Notes: generated from the sequence alone by a model not told the origin. A stretch of DNA of 64,000 nt from an uncultured Gammaproteobacteria bacterium (GCA_964442455.1 CAYTZB010000005.1:5152-69151); one strand, 5' to 3'; positions 49,176 through 58,422 are shown, counted from the stretch's first letter. Translations and numbers: made by a program.

Positions 49176-49631
49176 TTACACCAGCATAGATTCTGTGTCA
49201 AGCATTATTTTGCGGCTATTTTCATCAAATTGCTCAAAATTAATCCAAATAGTACTTTTTGGAAGAAATCTTCTTATCTTTTCCGCCCATTCAATTGCAA
49301 TAATATTCTCCTGTTTCCCCCAAATCTCACCAAATCCCAAACCTTTAATTTCATGCTCAATATTTTTTTCTAATCGGTAAAGGTCCACATGATAGAAGTG
49401 GGTGATTGGGTTATTGGGTGGCTGGGTAACTAGGTAATGGCGCATAATTATGAACGTTGGTGAGATAACCCTTTTTTTAATTCCCAAACCTTCTGCCAAT
49501 CCTTGGACAAATGTCGTCTTCCCGCTTCCTAACTCTCCCACCAGCGCCAAAATCTCACCGCCTGAAAGTTTCCGTGCAAATCTTTTCGCAACTCTCTCCG
49601 TTTCCTCTGATGAATTTGTAACAATTTCCAT
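49176..49631 (-). CDS. tsaE: t6A biosynthesis ATPase TsaE
   Basis: GELGSGKTTF, SPTF, HVDLYRL, IEWAE. Confidence 0.95.
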   Translation of the reverse strand: MEIVTNSSEETERVAKRFARKLSGGEILALVGELGSGKTTFVQGLAEGLGIKKRVISPTFIIMRHYLVTQPPNNPITHFYHVDLYRLEKNIEHEIKGLGFGEIWGKQENIIAIEWAEKIRRFLPKSTIWINFEQFDENSRKIMLDTESMLV

Positions 49632-49636
49632 AGTTC

Positions 49637-49664
49637 TGTTTTAATGTTTCGAAACATTAAAACA
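49637..49664. promoter_or_regulatory. Perfect 28-bp palindrome, copy 1 of 3 (putative operator)
   Basis: TGTTTTAATGTTTCGAAACATTAAAACA, 5 nt upstream of tsaE ATG. Confidence 0.7.
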
Positions 49665-49686
49665 ATCATCAGCCCAATGTTTCTTC

Positions 49687-50583
49687 TCACTCTTTATCGG
49701 TATCAGTTAAATTTATAGTTTTTCTCTCTCTCATAAACACAATTGTCGTCCCAACAAGAAAACTTAGTCCTGTAATAATAAAGATTACAGGCAAAACAGG
49801 CAATTCTTTGAACCAACCGCCTATTTTTGTTTCCTCTCCTAGTGTCGGTGAAGGAGAAGAAGTTTGTCCCTCTTGCAAACCAAGTACAATTGGCTCTGAT
49901 GTTGGAGAAGGAGAATTTTTTGGGCTGGCCGTTGGCTTTGGCGTAGGAGTCTTTGTAGGAGTTGGAGTTTTGGTTGGGGTGGGAGTAGGTGTCTTTGTGG
50001 GCGTCGGTGCAAGAGTCTGCGAGGGGGTTGGGGTTGGAGAAGGAGTGGGAGAAGGTGTGGGTGTTTGAGGTATAGAGTTAGTCGATCCTTTAGTTGCAGT
50101 TTGTAAGATTGAGAATATCCCTGTACGATCAGGACTCCTCCCTATCGATATACCGTCACCAGGATTCGAAGTATACTGGTACTGATCAACAATCGCCCCA
50201 GAAGAATCAAAAAGCACCACATGATCCCATTCTCCGGCGCTGTTGGCACTGTTGTTTAAAAAGGAATCCATCTCTATAAAGGGGTATGTCGTGCTCGTAG
50301 TAACAAGATCAGCCAAGACTTTCTTGGTGCTACTCCCAGTATCGGTTGTAAAATCCGTATCGTCATCAAGCCAATAGGACTTTAAGAATTCAGCACTACT
50401 TGATGCATTATAAAACTCAACCCACTCAGGATTCCCATCAACCAAAAACTCATTTATCACCACCTGTGCAAAAGAATTCGTTGGGAAAACCAACCAAAGA
50501 ATAAAAAATAAACCTAAGGAGAAAACTGCTTTCGTTAAACCAAAGATAACTATATTCAATTTTGTTTTAATGTTTCGAAACAT
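49687..50583 (-). CDS. Lamin-tail-domain surface protein with TP-rich linker and C-terminal TM
   Basis: VVINEF...EWVEFYN, SIGRSPD, TP repeats; start uncertain. Confidence 0.8.
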   Translation of the reverse strand: MFRNIKTKLNIVIFGLTKAVFSLGLFFILWLVFPTNSFAQVVINEFLVDGNPEWVEFYNASSSAEFLKSYWLDDDTDFTTDTGSSTKKVLADLVTTSTTYPFIEMDSFLNNSANSAGEWDHVVLFDSSGAIVDQYQYTSNPGDGISIGRSPDRTGIFSILQTATKGSTNSIPQTPTPSPTPSPTPTPSQTLAPTPTKTPTPTPTKTPTPTKTPTPKPTASPKNSPSPTSEPIVLGLQEGQTSSPSPTLGEETKIGGWFKELPVLPVIFIITGLSFLVGTTIVFMRERKTINLTDTDKE

Positions 50584-50587
50584 CGAA
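50563..50587. promoter_or_regulatory. Palindrome copy 2
   Basis: TGTTTTAATGTTTCGAAACATCGAA. Confidence 0.7.
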
Positions 50588-50592
50588 GCAAT

Positions 50593-51036
50593 TTAGAGCT
50601 GTTTAGCTCTCTTCCTTTTGCGAATCTCCTCCTTAAGAGAAACCCATGCGTGGCTCTTTCTCCCAGGAAGCGAGAAAAGTGCTGCCATAGCTTCACCCAC
50701 ATCCAACCAAAACCGCTCCATCCGTTCATCTTGCAAAATGGTGTTCACTACCCGCTTATATCCAGAACCAGTGTTATATTGCAGTGAAATTTTGCCAATT
50801 GTTGATGTACTCACCCTAAGGAGTTTAGAAATCTCTCTCCAATCATACCCTTTAACCAAAAGAAGTGCGATTGCCAAGCGCTTAGAAAGCATTATCTGTT
50901 CAGTTGGAGATAAAAGATCTCGCAAGAAAACTGTAATCTCGCTTTTTATTCTTAAATGGGCAATTGTGCTTAAAAATATCTCAAAGATATGGGTGTAGAC
51001 TTCTTGGGAAATAGGGTACTTTGAAACTTGCGCCAT
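50593..51036 (-). CDS. TrpR-like (YerC/YecD) HTH protein
   Basis: FLRDLLSPTEQIMLSKRLAIA...REISKLLRVSTSTI; start moved to MAQVSK. Confidence 0.82.
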   Translation of the reverse strand: MAQVSKYPISQEVYTHIFEIFLSTIAHLRIKSEITVFLRDLLSPTEQIMLSKRLAIALLLVKGYDWREISKLLRVSTSTIGKISLQYNTGSGYKRVVNTILQDERMERFWLDVGEAMAALFSLPGRKSHAWVSLKEEIRKRKRAKQL

Positions 51037-51085
51037 AGATATATATCCATTATTGCACATCTTAGTAATATGACTAGAGAGTGCA

Positions 51086-51111
51086 TGTTTTAATGTTTCG
51101 AAACATCGAAA
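51086..51111. promoter_or_regulatory. Palindrome copy 3
   Basis: TGTTTTAATGTTTCGAAACATCGAAA. Confidence 0.7.
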
Positions 51112-51204
51112 CCTAAGAAGTCGATGTAAATGTAATTCAATTTAATCGGTCAATGGTGGATTTATAAAAATGGATTAAGGATAACTTCCGAACCGAGTAA
51201 GCCC

Positions 51205-52326
51205 CTATTGAACGTGCCAGTACCAAGAGATTGTCTTCTCTCCGTGGTCAATGGCAACGAAGTTCATTGGTGAGCTACCACACGCGACTGTTCCTTTATA
51301 AAGTGTCCCGTCAACGGGCGCTCGTATGGCAACATTATCCGAGGTCATATCAAGCCCTGTATGCGGTCGGCCGCCATAAAAGCCCGTTCTTGCCCAGTAG
51401 GTCATGCCAAATCCCTGGGTAATACGTGGATTATCAATCGGCCACGCAAGGCTACCGGTAAACGGAAATGGACCGTCAGGCGCATTATCCCATTGGACAT
51501 CCCGAGAAGAAAGATATCCTGCCGGATCAACACTAGTCCCATCCTTTTGAATCTCAAAGTGAAGATGAGGTCCCGTTGAACAACCGGGAGAACCAGAGTT
51601 GCCAATGAGGGCAATCGTCGTTCCCTTATTTACCGGTTGACCATTTTTAAGGAGGGCTGCTGCATTGCGCATTGCGGCGGCAATGGCTGCTTGCTCGGCT
51701 CGCGCTTTACTCAACAGCTCCTGGAATCTCCTTTCATCATTTTTTGTGACTTCAAGGAGTTTCTGCTTTCCTGCACGCTGGCTAGCCAAGAATGCCCGCT
51801 GCTGTTCTAATTGTTTCTCAAGTTTTTCGAGCTCGGCCTTATCTTCCTCAAAACTTATTTGTGACGTTTGAAGGCGCACCAGCAAATTCTGGTCACGTTG
51901 CTGCACCAGCCGTAAATAATGGAGCCGAGAGAAAAGACTGGGGAGATCTTGGGAAGTCAGAAGAAAGACAAGCGGATCTCCTAATCTGACTAATTGATAT
52001 GAGGCTACCACTCGCTGCTCAAATGCGTTTGATAGCTCAACAATAGATATTTCAAGAGCATTAATTTTGGCGGAGAGTGAGGTAATATCTGCTTCCGTTT
52101 GGTCTATGCGTAACTCCGTTAATTGTATCTGGGTATTGAAATTCGCAATTTGATTGGCGAGGGTATTTTTTTGTTGAGAAAGCTCTATTAGTTTTTGCTC
52201 AAGTTGCTTAATCTCCTCAATCTTGCGCTGATAATCTTCCTCGAGACTTGCCCCTAAGGGAGCCACACTCACCAGAAGCACGATACCTGCAACAAAAAGT
52301 GCTGTAATCTTCGCAAACCAACTCAT
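51205..52326 (-). CDS. EnvC/PcsB-like coiled-coil protein with a (permuted) M23 peptidase domain
   Basis: Signal peptide, long coiled coil, STGPHLHFE then HTGLD; directly after ftsX. Confidence 0.85.
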   Translation of the reverse strand: MSWFAKITALFVAGIVLLVSVAPLGASLEEDYQRKIEEIKQLEQKLIELSQQKNTLANQIANFNTQIQLTELRIDQTEADITSLSAKINALEISIVELSNAFEQRVVASYQLVRLGDPLVFLLTSQDLPSLFSRLHYLRLVQQRDQNLLVRLQTSQISFEEDKAELEKLEKQLEQQRAFLASQRAGKQKLLEVTKNDERRFQELLSKARAEQAAIAAAMRNAAALLKNGQPVNKGTTIALIGNSGSPGCSTGPHLHFEIQKDGTSVDPAGYLSSRDVQWDNAPDGPFPFTGSLAWPIDNPRITQGFGMTYWARTGFYGGRPHTGLDMTSDNVAIRAPVDGTLYKGTVACGSSPMNFVAIDHGEKTISWYWHVQ

Positions 52327-52341
52327 ACAAGAATGCCCGCT

Positions 52342-53259
52342 TCATCTCATTTTAAGGTAGCGAGCAATGGCAAACCACGCTCCTACAATACCAATCAAAA
52401 GTGCAGCAGTCAATTCTATGCCGGCGAGTATTCCCAGTTGTGCAAGAAGAGTAGGTATCTCCCGCAAGATAGAAAGAATTTCACCAAAGTATTTTGCAAG
52501 ATTGGGCATTAAATATAAAAATAGGAGAGTAGCGGTAATAAATCCTGCAAGCGCTCCGGTGAGCGCATATATTATCCCCTCAAACAGAAACGGGGCGCGG
52601 ATAAATCCCGGCGTTGCCCCAATGAGCGTTAATACCTGTATTTCTTCCCGGCGGCTAGCAACACGCGTACCAATAACCACAAGCAATGTCAAAAGAGCAG
52701 TGACAGACAAAAACGAAAGAAGCGCCACGCCCCCTATTCTCACATATCGGGTAATCCTCTGCAGGTTCCCAATAACGGTAGCGAGTGACGTCTCTCCCCC
52801 CAAACTCGCCGTAAACTCAACACGGTCAACAATGGGTACTTGTTTGACCTCCGCAATCACCTCTTGTGTGTATGAAAGATTAGTTACGGAAAACTCAAGA
52901 GAGGCAGGCAACACATCAGGACTCACGAGTTCTGTAACCAAGGGATTGTCAGCGGTTTCTCTATAAATTTGCAACGCCTCCTCGTGAGAGACATAGCGAA
53001 TATCGCTGCGAACCCGAGCATCATTGGCGAGTTTTTGGGAAAGTGCGGAAACTGCTTCCGGAGTTGCATCATTTTTCAAGAAGGCAATAATTTGCGGCCG
53101 CGTTTCAAAGTAATGGAGTGTCGAAGTTGCGATGTATGCGGTAAATGCAAAAATAGTCGCAACAAAAAAAGTGAGCGTCATAACAAGGACTGCCGCAAGC
53201 GCTTGGTAGGGCGAACGACGTATATGAACAAGGGCAGTACGGAGATGTTGGGCAAACAT
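52342..53259 (-). CDS. ftsX: Cell-division permease FtsX
   Basis: RREEIQVLTLIGATPGFIRAPFLFEG; coupled to ftsE. Confidence 0.92.
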   Translation of the reverse strand: MFAQHLRTALVHIRRSPYQALAAVLVMTLTFFVATIFAFTAYIATSTLHYFETRPQIIAFLKNDATPEAVSALSQKLANDARVRSDIRYVSHEEALQIYRETADNPLVTELVSPDVLPASLEFSVTNLSYTQEVIAEVKQVPIVDRVEFTASLGGETSLATVIGNLQRITRYVRIGGVALLSFLSVTALLTLLVVIGTRVASRREEIQVLTLIGATPGFIRAPFLFEGIIYALTGALAGFITATLLFLYLMPNLAKYFGEILSILREIPTLLAQLGILAGIELTAALLIGIVGAWFAIARYLKMR

Positions 53260-53939
53260 TAACTTTCTTTATATTTTCCGTGTTCTTGGTCACGAACAAT
53301 TCTTCCACCACGCAACTCAATCACATGATGTTTCATTCTGTCCACAATATCATGATTATGGGTTGCCATAAGAACGGTTGTTCCATCCTTGTTAATGTCA
53401 CTCATCAGCTCCACAATTTCCCATGCGGTATCGGGGTCAAGGTTTCCTGTCGGCTCATCAGCCAAAAGCAATTTGGGATTGTGAGCAAGTGCGCGTGCAA
53501 ACACTGCTCGTTGCAGTTCTCCTCCTGCCAATTGTGAGGGAAATGCATCAACTCTCTCTCTCAGTCCTACACGAGAGAGTACTTCATGAGCCCTAGAGAG
53601 TTGCTTCTCTTCCGGTTCATCAAATACGGCCAGCGCTAGTGCGACATTCTCGCCAACGGTTCTGTCGTGGAGCAGTTTAAAATCTTGAAATACCACCCCT
53701 ATTCTTCTTCTGTAAAAGGGAATATCCTGGCTTTTTAATTGAGCGATGTTTTTCCCTCCAAAAAGCACGTCACCCGCATCAGGCATGAATTCGCGAAGAA
53801 TAATGCGCAACAACGTTGTTTTGCCCGCCCCTGAAGGTCCAGTAATAAAGGCAAACTCTCCCGGCTCAATAGCGAAGGAAATACCTTCAAGCGCTACGAT
53901 GGAACCAAATTTCTTAGAAACATCCTTAAAAGTAATCAT
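53259..53939 (-). CDS. ftsE: Cell-division ATPase FtsE
   Basis: GPSGAGKTT, VVFQDFKLL, ADEPTGNLD, ATHN; start moved to MITF. Confidence 0.93.
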   Translation of the reverse strand: MITFKDVSKKFGSIVALEGISFAIEPGEFAFITGPSGAGKTTLLRIILREFMPDAGDVLFGGKNIAQLKSQDIPFYRRRIGVVFQDFKLLHDRTVGENVALALAVFDEPEEKQLSRAHEVLSRVGLRERVDAFPSQLAGGELQRAVFARALAHNPKLLLADEPTGNLDPDTAWEIVELMSDINKDGTTVLMATHNHDIVDRMKHHVIELRGGRIVRDQEHGKYKES

Positions 53940-54427
53940 TACTCTATTATCTTTATCCTTCCCACATCCATCAACCATCCTGCTTTTTGACCCTTGAACG
54001 TTTCTCCCCACACTTCTACCTTTTTATCTACAAACTCATTGAGGTTGATAACAGAAGAGGTAAGGTAGGCATTCTGCGAAGGTCCTCCCTCTCTTTCCAA
54101 ATGATGCGTTCCTTCACCATCTATCCCGCCTTTTTTCAAAACGCCAGTTGCTGAGTCTCTGAATGTTTTAGTATCTTCCAACCCAATCCCTTCTCCGGTA
54201 ACTTTAGCACCGGGAGCTACTTCAAATTTTCCACTGATACCCGCTGGACCTTTCTGAGAGAGGAAATATCCCGTGAATATTCCCGCCCCAATAACTACCA
54301 ATACCGCAAGGAGCATTGGGCGCGGAAGGCCACGCACGAAAGAAAACTTCGCAAATAGCGTCGCTTTTTGTGGCACTGCTCTGGGTGCTGCTTGCTGCTG
54401 CTGTTGGGTTTGTTGTGTCGGGTCCAT
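53939..54427 (-). CDS. Hypothetical single-TM protein
   Basis: TAATG-coupled to ftsE; TM followed by a small beta-rich domain. Confidence 0.7.
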   Translation of the reverse strand: MDPTQQTQQQQQAAPRAVPQKATLFAKFSFVRGLPRPMLLAVLVVIGAGIFTGYFLSQKGPAGISGKFEVAPGAKVTGEGIGLEDTKTFRDSATGVLKKGGIDGEGTHHLEREGGPSQNAYLTSSVINLNEFVDKKVEVWGETFKGQKAGWLMDVGRIKIIE

Positions 54428-54455
54428 ATTATACTCTCTATTTTTACCTCTTCTT

Positions 54456-55472
54456 CTACACGCTAGTCAAGCTGCTGATTACAAATTCGTCAAGTTTTCC
54501 ATCAAGCACACCTTCCGCATCAGACAGTTCTACCCCTGTTCTTAAATCTTTTACCATTTTATAGGGGTGAAGTACATATGAGCGACGTTGCGCCCCCCAA
54601 GACGCAGGTTTGTATTCGCCCCTCAATGCTTTTTTCTCTTTTTCTTTTCTTTCCTGTTCCCTAACCCACAACTTTGCCGCAAGCAAGCGCAGAGCAATTT
54701 TTCTATTTTGCTCTTGGAAACGCTCTGTTTGGGCGGTAACGACTATTCCTGTGGGCTTGTGCGTTAACCGCACGGCAGTTGACACCTTCTGGACATTTTG
54801 CCCACCGTGTCCTGAAGCACGGAAAAATTGCCACTCAAGCTCGTCTTCTTTAATACCTATTTGCTCTGTTTCGGGTAGTTGAGGAAGTACCTCAACCAAC
54901 GCAAATGAAGTTTGGCGAAGCCGCGCCGCATTAAAAGGAGACTGGCGCACGAGACGGTGTGCTCCCGCTTCATGTTTTAAATAGCCATACGCATATGGTC
55001 CGTCAACGAAAAGTGTTGCTGATTTAACCCCTGCTTCCTCTCCAGGCACAATATCAACCATCTCAACCTTCCAACCACGGCGTTCAGCAAAGCGCATGTA
55101 CATACGCTCGAGCATTTGCGCCCAATCCATTGCCTCGACTCCCCCTTGCCCCGCGTGAATTGAAATAATCGCCGGTTCTTTATCATACGGACCCGACAAA
55201 AATGCTAAAACTTCTAGCTTCTTTAGTTCTTTGTCTACTTCACTTAACTCGAAATTCTCCGCTATCTGCTTTTCTACCTTTTCCACCTCACCTACTTGCT
55301 CTTGAAGTAGAGAAAGCTCACTCATTAACTTTCCGGCTCTACCCGAATCCTGCCAAAAAGAGGGGTTTTGCGACTCACGACTCAACTCCCCTATCCGCTT
55401 TTTCTTTCCGGGAACATCAAGCGCAGACTTTAATTTCTCTACTCGTTCTTGTAATTCAACTTTCGTTGCCAT
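54456..55472 (-). CDS. prfB: Peptide chain release factor 2
   Basis: SPF and GGQ motifs; continuous ORF; start moved to MATK. Confidence 0.95.
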   Translation of the reverse strand: MATKVELQERVEKLKSALDVPGKKKRIGELSRESQNPSFWQDSGRAGKLMSELSLLQEQVGEVEKVEKQIAENFELSEVDKELKKLEVLAFLSGPYDKEPAIISIHAGQGGVEAMDWAQMLERMYMRFAERRGWKVEMVDIVPGEEAGVKSATLFVDGPYAYGYLKHEAGAHRLVRQSPFNAARLRQTSFALVEVLPQLPETEQIGIKEDELEWQFFRASGHGGQNVQKVSTAVRLTHKPTGIVVTAQTERFQEQNRKIALRLLAAKLWVREQERKEKEKKALRGEYKPASWGAQRRSYVLHPYKMVKDLRTGVELSDAEGVLDGKLDEFVISSLTSV

Positions 55473-55526
55473 ACCCACCAATTGTACCAAACGACTGCAA
55501 CTAAAGGTGAATATAATTGAGATACT

Positions 55527-55991
55527 CTAGGGAGTACAAATTAACTGGCGGGCTTTTTGCCGCTCAAGAGAGGACAAACTCTGGAATTCTAAAACTACAT
55601 CTGCCGCGCCCGTTGCTTCTTCTGCGGCACTCAAGGTTTTTGGTTCCCCTGCTAGGGACTGCGCAAGTTCTGTGAGATTTTTCTGAAGAAATACACGGAC
55701 GCCTTGCGGGGTCCGCTCATTTTTTATTGCTTCAACCACTAAGGTTCTTCCTCCTACCAATAAAAACGCCTCAACTGCAAGCGCGAGCACAATACCAAGC
55801 ACTATCCCAAACCATGCCCCTCTTATACTCCAAGAAAGCATGTGATGGCGGGTAAAGGCAAAAAGAAGGAGAAAAAGAAAAATCCCTACACCAATGAAGA
55901 ACGCTTTCTGCGTTCCGGGAGAGACGTACGCTCCAAGCATAGAGAAAAACTCACCCCCTCGTAAATACACCTCTCCTATAACATTTTCCAT
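55527..55991 (-). CDS. Hypothetical 2-TM membrane protein
   Basis: ATG 55991 overlaps upstream TAA. Confidence 0.65.
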   Translation of the reverse strand: MENVIGEVYLRGGEFFSMLGAYVSPGTQKAFFIGVGIFLFLLLFAFTRHHMLSWSIRGAWFGIVLGIVLALAVEAFLLVGGRTLVVEAIKNERTPQGVRVFLQKNLTELAQSLAGEPKTLSAAEEATGAADVVLEFQSLSSLERQKARQLICTP

Positions 55992-56599
55992 TAGTACACT
56001 TCCTCCTCTTCCTCGTAAATCGCCCCGTTTGTTTGCGAAGAAGGAGCGGTTGGGGGAGCTACCGCAAAAGAAGACACAACCATGTTCTGTACCTCTTCCC
56101 AAAACCCGCCGTCTTGTGGCCCTTCAATACGATAGAGAACTCCTAAGTCCACAGCTAAAGTTGTAATTATATTCTGGGCACCACGACTATAGGCATATTG
56201 CTTGGCCGCAACCTCGCCAAGAGAAGCCGCTCCGGTAACCCGTGCAAGTTTTGGACTGTCGGGGTCGCTCTCGAACCACTCATCAAGTGTTGACGCGCTC
56301 GTATCTTGAACGGTCACGGTGACTTTTCCCTCTTTTTGAGACGCGCTGAGTTCAAGCAGTGAATAGTAGGAGTCATCTGGGATTGTTTTTTCAGTTACGG
56401 TAACGTTATCTGGGTACGCAAACGAGAACCCAGAGCCATCCTCGTATGTTGACTGCCCGCTTATCGCAACTTCCGTCGTTCCCTCACCTAGGTTATTTAT
56501 GAGAGCTATTCCTCCCCTATTTTGCGTCCTAAAAAGAAACACTGCACTTGCAACAAGGAAAAGGATACCTACCACCCCCGCAATAAATTTCTTTGACAT
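55991..56599 (-). CDS. Hypothetical membrane-anchored protein (PsbP-like fold possible)
   Basis: N-terminal TM, GFSFAYP, MVVSSF. Confidence 0.65.
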   Translation of the reverse strand: MSKKFIAGVVGILFLVASAVFLFRTQNRGGIALINNLGEGTTEVAISGQSTYEDGSGFSFAYPDNVTVTEKTIPDDSYYSLLELSASQKEGKVTVTVQDTSASTLDEWFESDPDSPKLARVTGAASLGEVAAKQYAYSRGAQNIITTLAVDLGVLYRIEGPQDGGFWEEVQNMVVSSFAVAPPTAPSSQTNGAIYEEEEEVY

Positions 56600-56654
56600 G
56601 TTACCTATTTTAACTATATCATAAACTACAGAGGACTAAGAGCCCTCGGTATTC

Positions 56655-56712
56655 TCGCCCTTTGGGCTCAACAAGTTTGTTTCTTGTCCCGCTTAGCGGG
56701 ACTGCGAAATGA
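56655..56712. repeat. REP-like hairpin cluster in a divergent intergenic region
   Basis: TCGCCCTTTGGGCTCA (compare 11501-11517) and GTCCCGC-TTA-GCGGGAC. Confidence 0.55.
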
Positions 56713-56719
56713 AAAAGAG

Positions 56720-57160
56720 ATGAAACGGCTACTTCTCGCAACAACTTTAATACTAATAGTAGGAGTAATTGTGGTTTCAACTGCGAGTGCAAAACGACTG
56801 CTTCCGCGTGCACAAAAGCCGAGCGTTCCTTCAGGAGCCAGTACAGCAGTCAAAACTGTGGGAGTTAAACCAATTGTGGGGTTTAGAAGCGACCGCCGTG
56901 CCATTATTGTCACTTTTCAAAACTTAGAAATTGCCGCCCGTGTGGAATACTCGCTTACCTACACCTCACGGGGGATAAAACAGGGTGCTGGAGGAGTAAT
57001 CACCCCTACTACTTCCGAGGAAACCAGAGAGCTTTTGTTTGGCACATGCTCCCATGGAGTATGCCGCTACGATACAGGTATCACCAACGCACGGTTTACT
57101 GTTACTACTGTCCTCAAAAACGGCCGCAAAGTTGTTAAACCATTCAGACTTCGGGTGTAA
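56720..57160 (+). CDS. Hypothetical secreted protein
   Basis: Signal peptide MKRLLL...ASA; LLFGTCSHGVCRYD. Confidence 0.7.
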   Translation: MKRLLLATTLILIVGVIVVSTASAKRLLPRAQKPSVPSGASTAVKTVGVKPIVGFRSDRRAIIVTFQNLEIAARVEYSLTYTSRGIKQGAGGVITPTTSEETRELLFGTCSHGVCRYDTGITNARFTVTTVLKNGRKVVKPFRLRV

Positions 57161-57170
57161 ACTGCTTTTC

Positions 57171-57198
57171 TTGACTCCATAAACTGAAGGTATATACT
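57171..57198 (+). promoter_or_regulatory. sigma70-type promoter of the microprotein operon
   Basis: TTGACT-16 bp-TATACT. Confidence 0.6.
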
Positions 57199-57204
57199 AT
57201 TGTA

Positions 57205-57345
57205 CAAAACGAAAAAGATTCAACAAGCGAATCTTTCATTCGTTTCACAACTGAATAAAAGGTCTTGTCGAGAGCAAGATAAAAAGCATTTTGTCTTTCG
57301 ATAAAGACGGTAGTGTTGGAAACGTCGAACGTTCCAAAGCACCTT
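57205..57345 (+). ncRNA. Putative structured leader RNA (4 hairpins)
   Basis: AAACGAA/TTCGTTT enclosing AAAGATTC/GAATCTTT; TCTTG/CAAGA; GTCTTT/AAAGAC; TTGGAA..ACGT..TTCCAA hairpin. Confidence 0.45.
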
Positions 57346-57377
57346 GACATCAAAGTGTGTGTTCAAAAGGAGAAACC

Positions 57378-57467
57378 ATGCGATCTCGCGGCGATGGTCT
57401 CGGATTAGTGATAACGATACTGTTACTCATCGTCTTCGTAGTGGCCATACTATTGCTCCCTGGATGA
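57378..57467 (+). CDS. 29-aa single-TM microprotein
   Basis: SD AAGGAG; MRSRGDGLGLVITILLLIVFVVAILLLPG. Confidence 0.65.
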   Translation: MRSRGDGLGLVITILLLIVFVVAILLLPG

Positions 57468-57481
57468 AAAGGAGGAAAGAG

Positions 57482-57664
57482 ATGAAAATTCGAGTACGTG
57501 TCGTGGAGATAATCCGGATTTTCTTCTTCTTGGCAATAGGAGTACTGGTAGTACTGGCAGCAAGAGGCGTGATAAGTTTTGAATTGCTGGCAAAAGCCCT
57601 CGTAGTGCTGATTGTCTTTGTAGTCGCAGGAATTTTTGTGACCGTTCGGATTGGCTCCCGGTGA
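57482..57664 (+). CDS. 60-aa 2-TM microprotein
   Basis: SD AAGGAGG; MKIRVRVVEIIRIFFFLAIG... Confidence 0.75.
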   Translation: MKIRVRVVEIIRIFFFLAIGVLVVLAARGVISFELLAKALVVLIVFVVAGIFVTVRIGSR

Positions 57665-57698
57665 CTAAAACCAGCAATTCTCAATAAGGAGGAAAAAG

Positions 57699-57794
57699 AT
57701 GAGTCCCAGAATGATAAATGCTCTGACAGTACTCGTTGGACTGACTATCGCGTTCCTTGGAGGATTCTTCCTCATAGCAGGAGGCATAAGATGA
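57699..57794 (+). CDS. 31-aa single-TM microprotein
   Basis: SD TAAGGAGG; MSPRMINALTVLVGLTIAFLGGFFLIAGGIR. Confidence 0.7.
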   Translation: MSPRMINALTVLVGLTIAFLGGFFLIAGGIR

Positions 57795-57844
57795 TTCGCC
57801 ATGACGAATAACCAATCCAGCTACAGTTCCTCAAGGAGGAAACA

Positions 57845-58243
57845 ATGAGCGCGCGATCGTTTTGGTTTCTGATAGCAACCAGTGTGAGTATGTGGAGTAC
57901 ACTACTTCTTTTGATTGCCATAGATGGCCAGGGAAGTATGACATCCTATAGAGTGTCAGGACTCGTTCTTCTAACAGTATGGTGGATCGTGGAGCTTGTC
58001 ACAGCGTTGGATGGGCTTTGGTTTCCGACAAGGGACATGATACTTGGGGTGGTGATAGTTCTCGTGAGCATACTTGCGAATGTTGCAATAACCGCTGCAA
58101 TCCGAGCATGCTGTGCAAGCATCACCCACGAGGTAACACTCATCGTATCAACCGTGATAACTAACATGCTGGTCCTAGCAACCTTTGTTAACCAATGGTT
58201 GCCAAAACAACCAAATGGAGAGGTAACAACTCCCAGACGGTGA
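57845..58243 (+). CDS. 132-aa 4-TM membrane protein
   Basis: SD AAGGAGG; four hydrophobic segments. Confidence 0.75.
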   Translation: MSARSFWFLIATSVSMWSTLLLLIAIDGQGSMTSYRVSGLVLLTVWWIVELVTALDGLWFPTRDMILGVVIVLVSILANVAITAAIRACCASITHEVTLIVSTVITNMLVLATFVNQWLPKQPNGEVTTPRR

Positions 58244-58272
58244 GTAAACCCGGGTTCCTAAAGGAGGTTTCT

Positions 58273-58392
58273 ATGGAATGGATGAGCGGTGATGAATGGT
58301 TCACGGGCTGGGTGGTCTTCGCAGCCATCTTTTTGGTGATCGCTGTCGTAGGATTGGCAGGGAGATTACTTGGAAGATGGATAAAACGATAA
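58273..58392 (+). CDS. 39-aa single-TM microprotein
   Basis: SD AAGGAGGT; MEWMSGDEWFTGWVVFAAIFLVIAVVGLAGRLLGRWIKR. Confidence 0.7.
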   Translation: MEWMSGDEWFTGWVVFAAIFLVIAVVGLAGRLLGRWIKR

Positions 58393-58422
58393 TACCAACA
58401 CTACAACTGAATAAATACAACT

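Noticed and set aside
49920-50065. Repetitive DNA in the lamin-tail gene
   Set aside because: Explained by Thr-Pro linker codons
52367-52966. Long antisense ORFs (also 28930-29505, 17527-18045, 46699-47181)
   Set aside because: Shadow ORFs opposite well-supported genes, with no recognisable motifs
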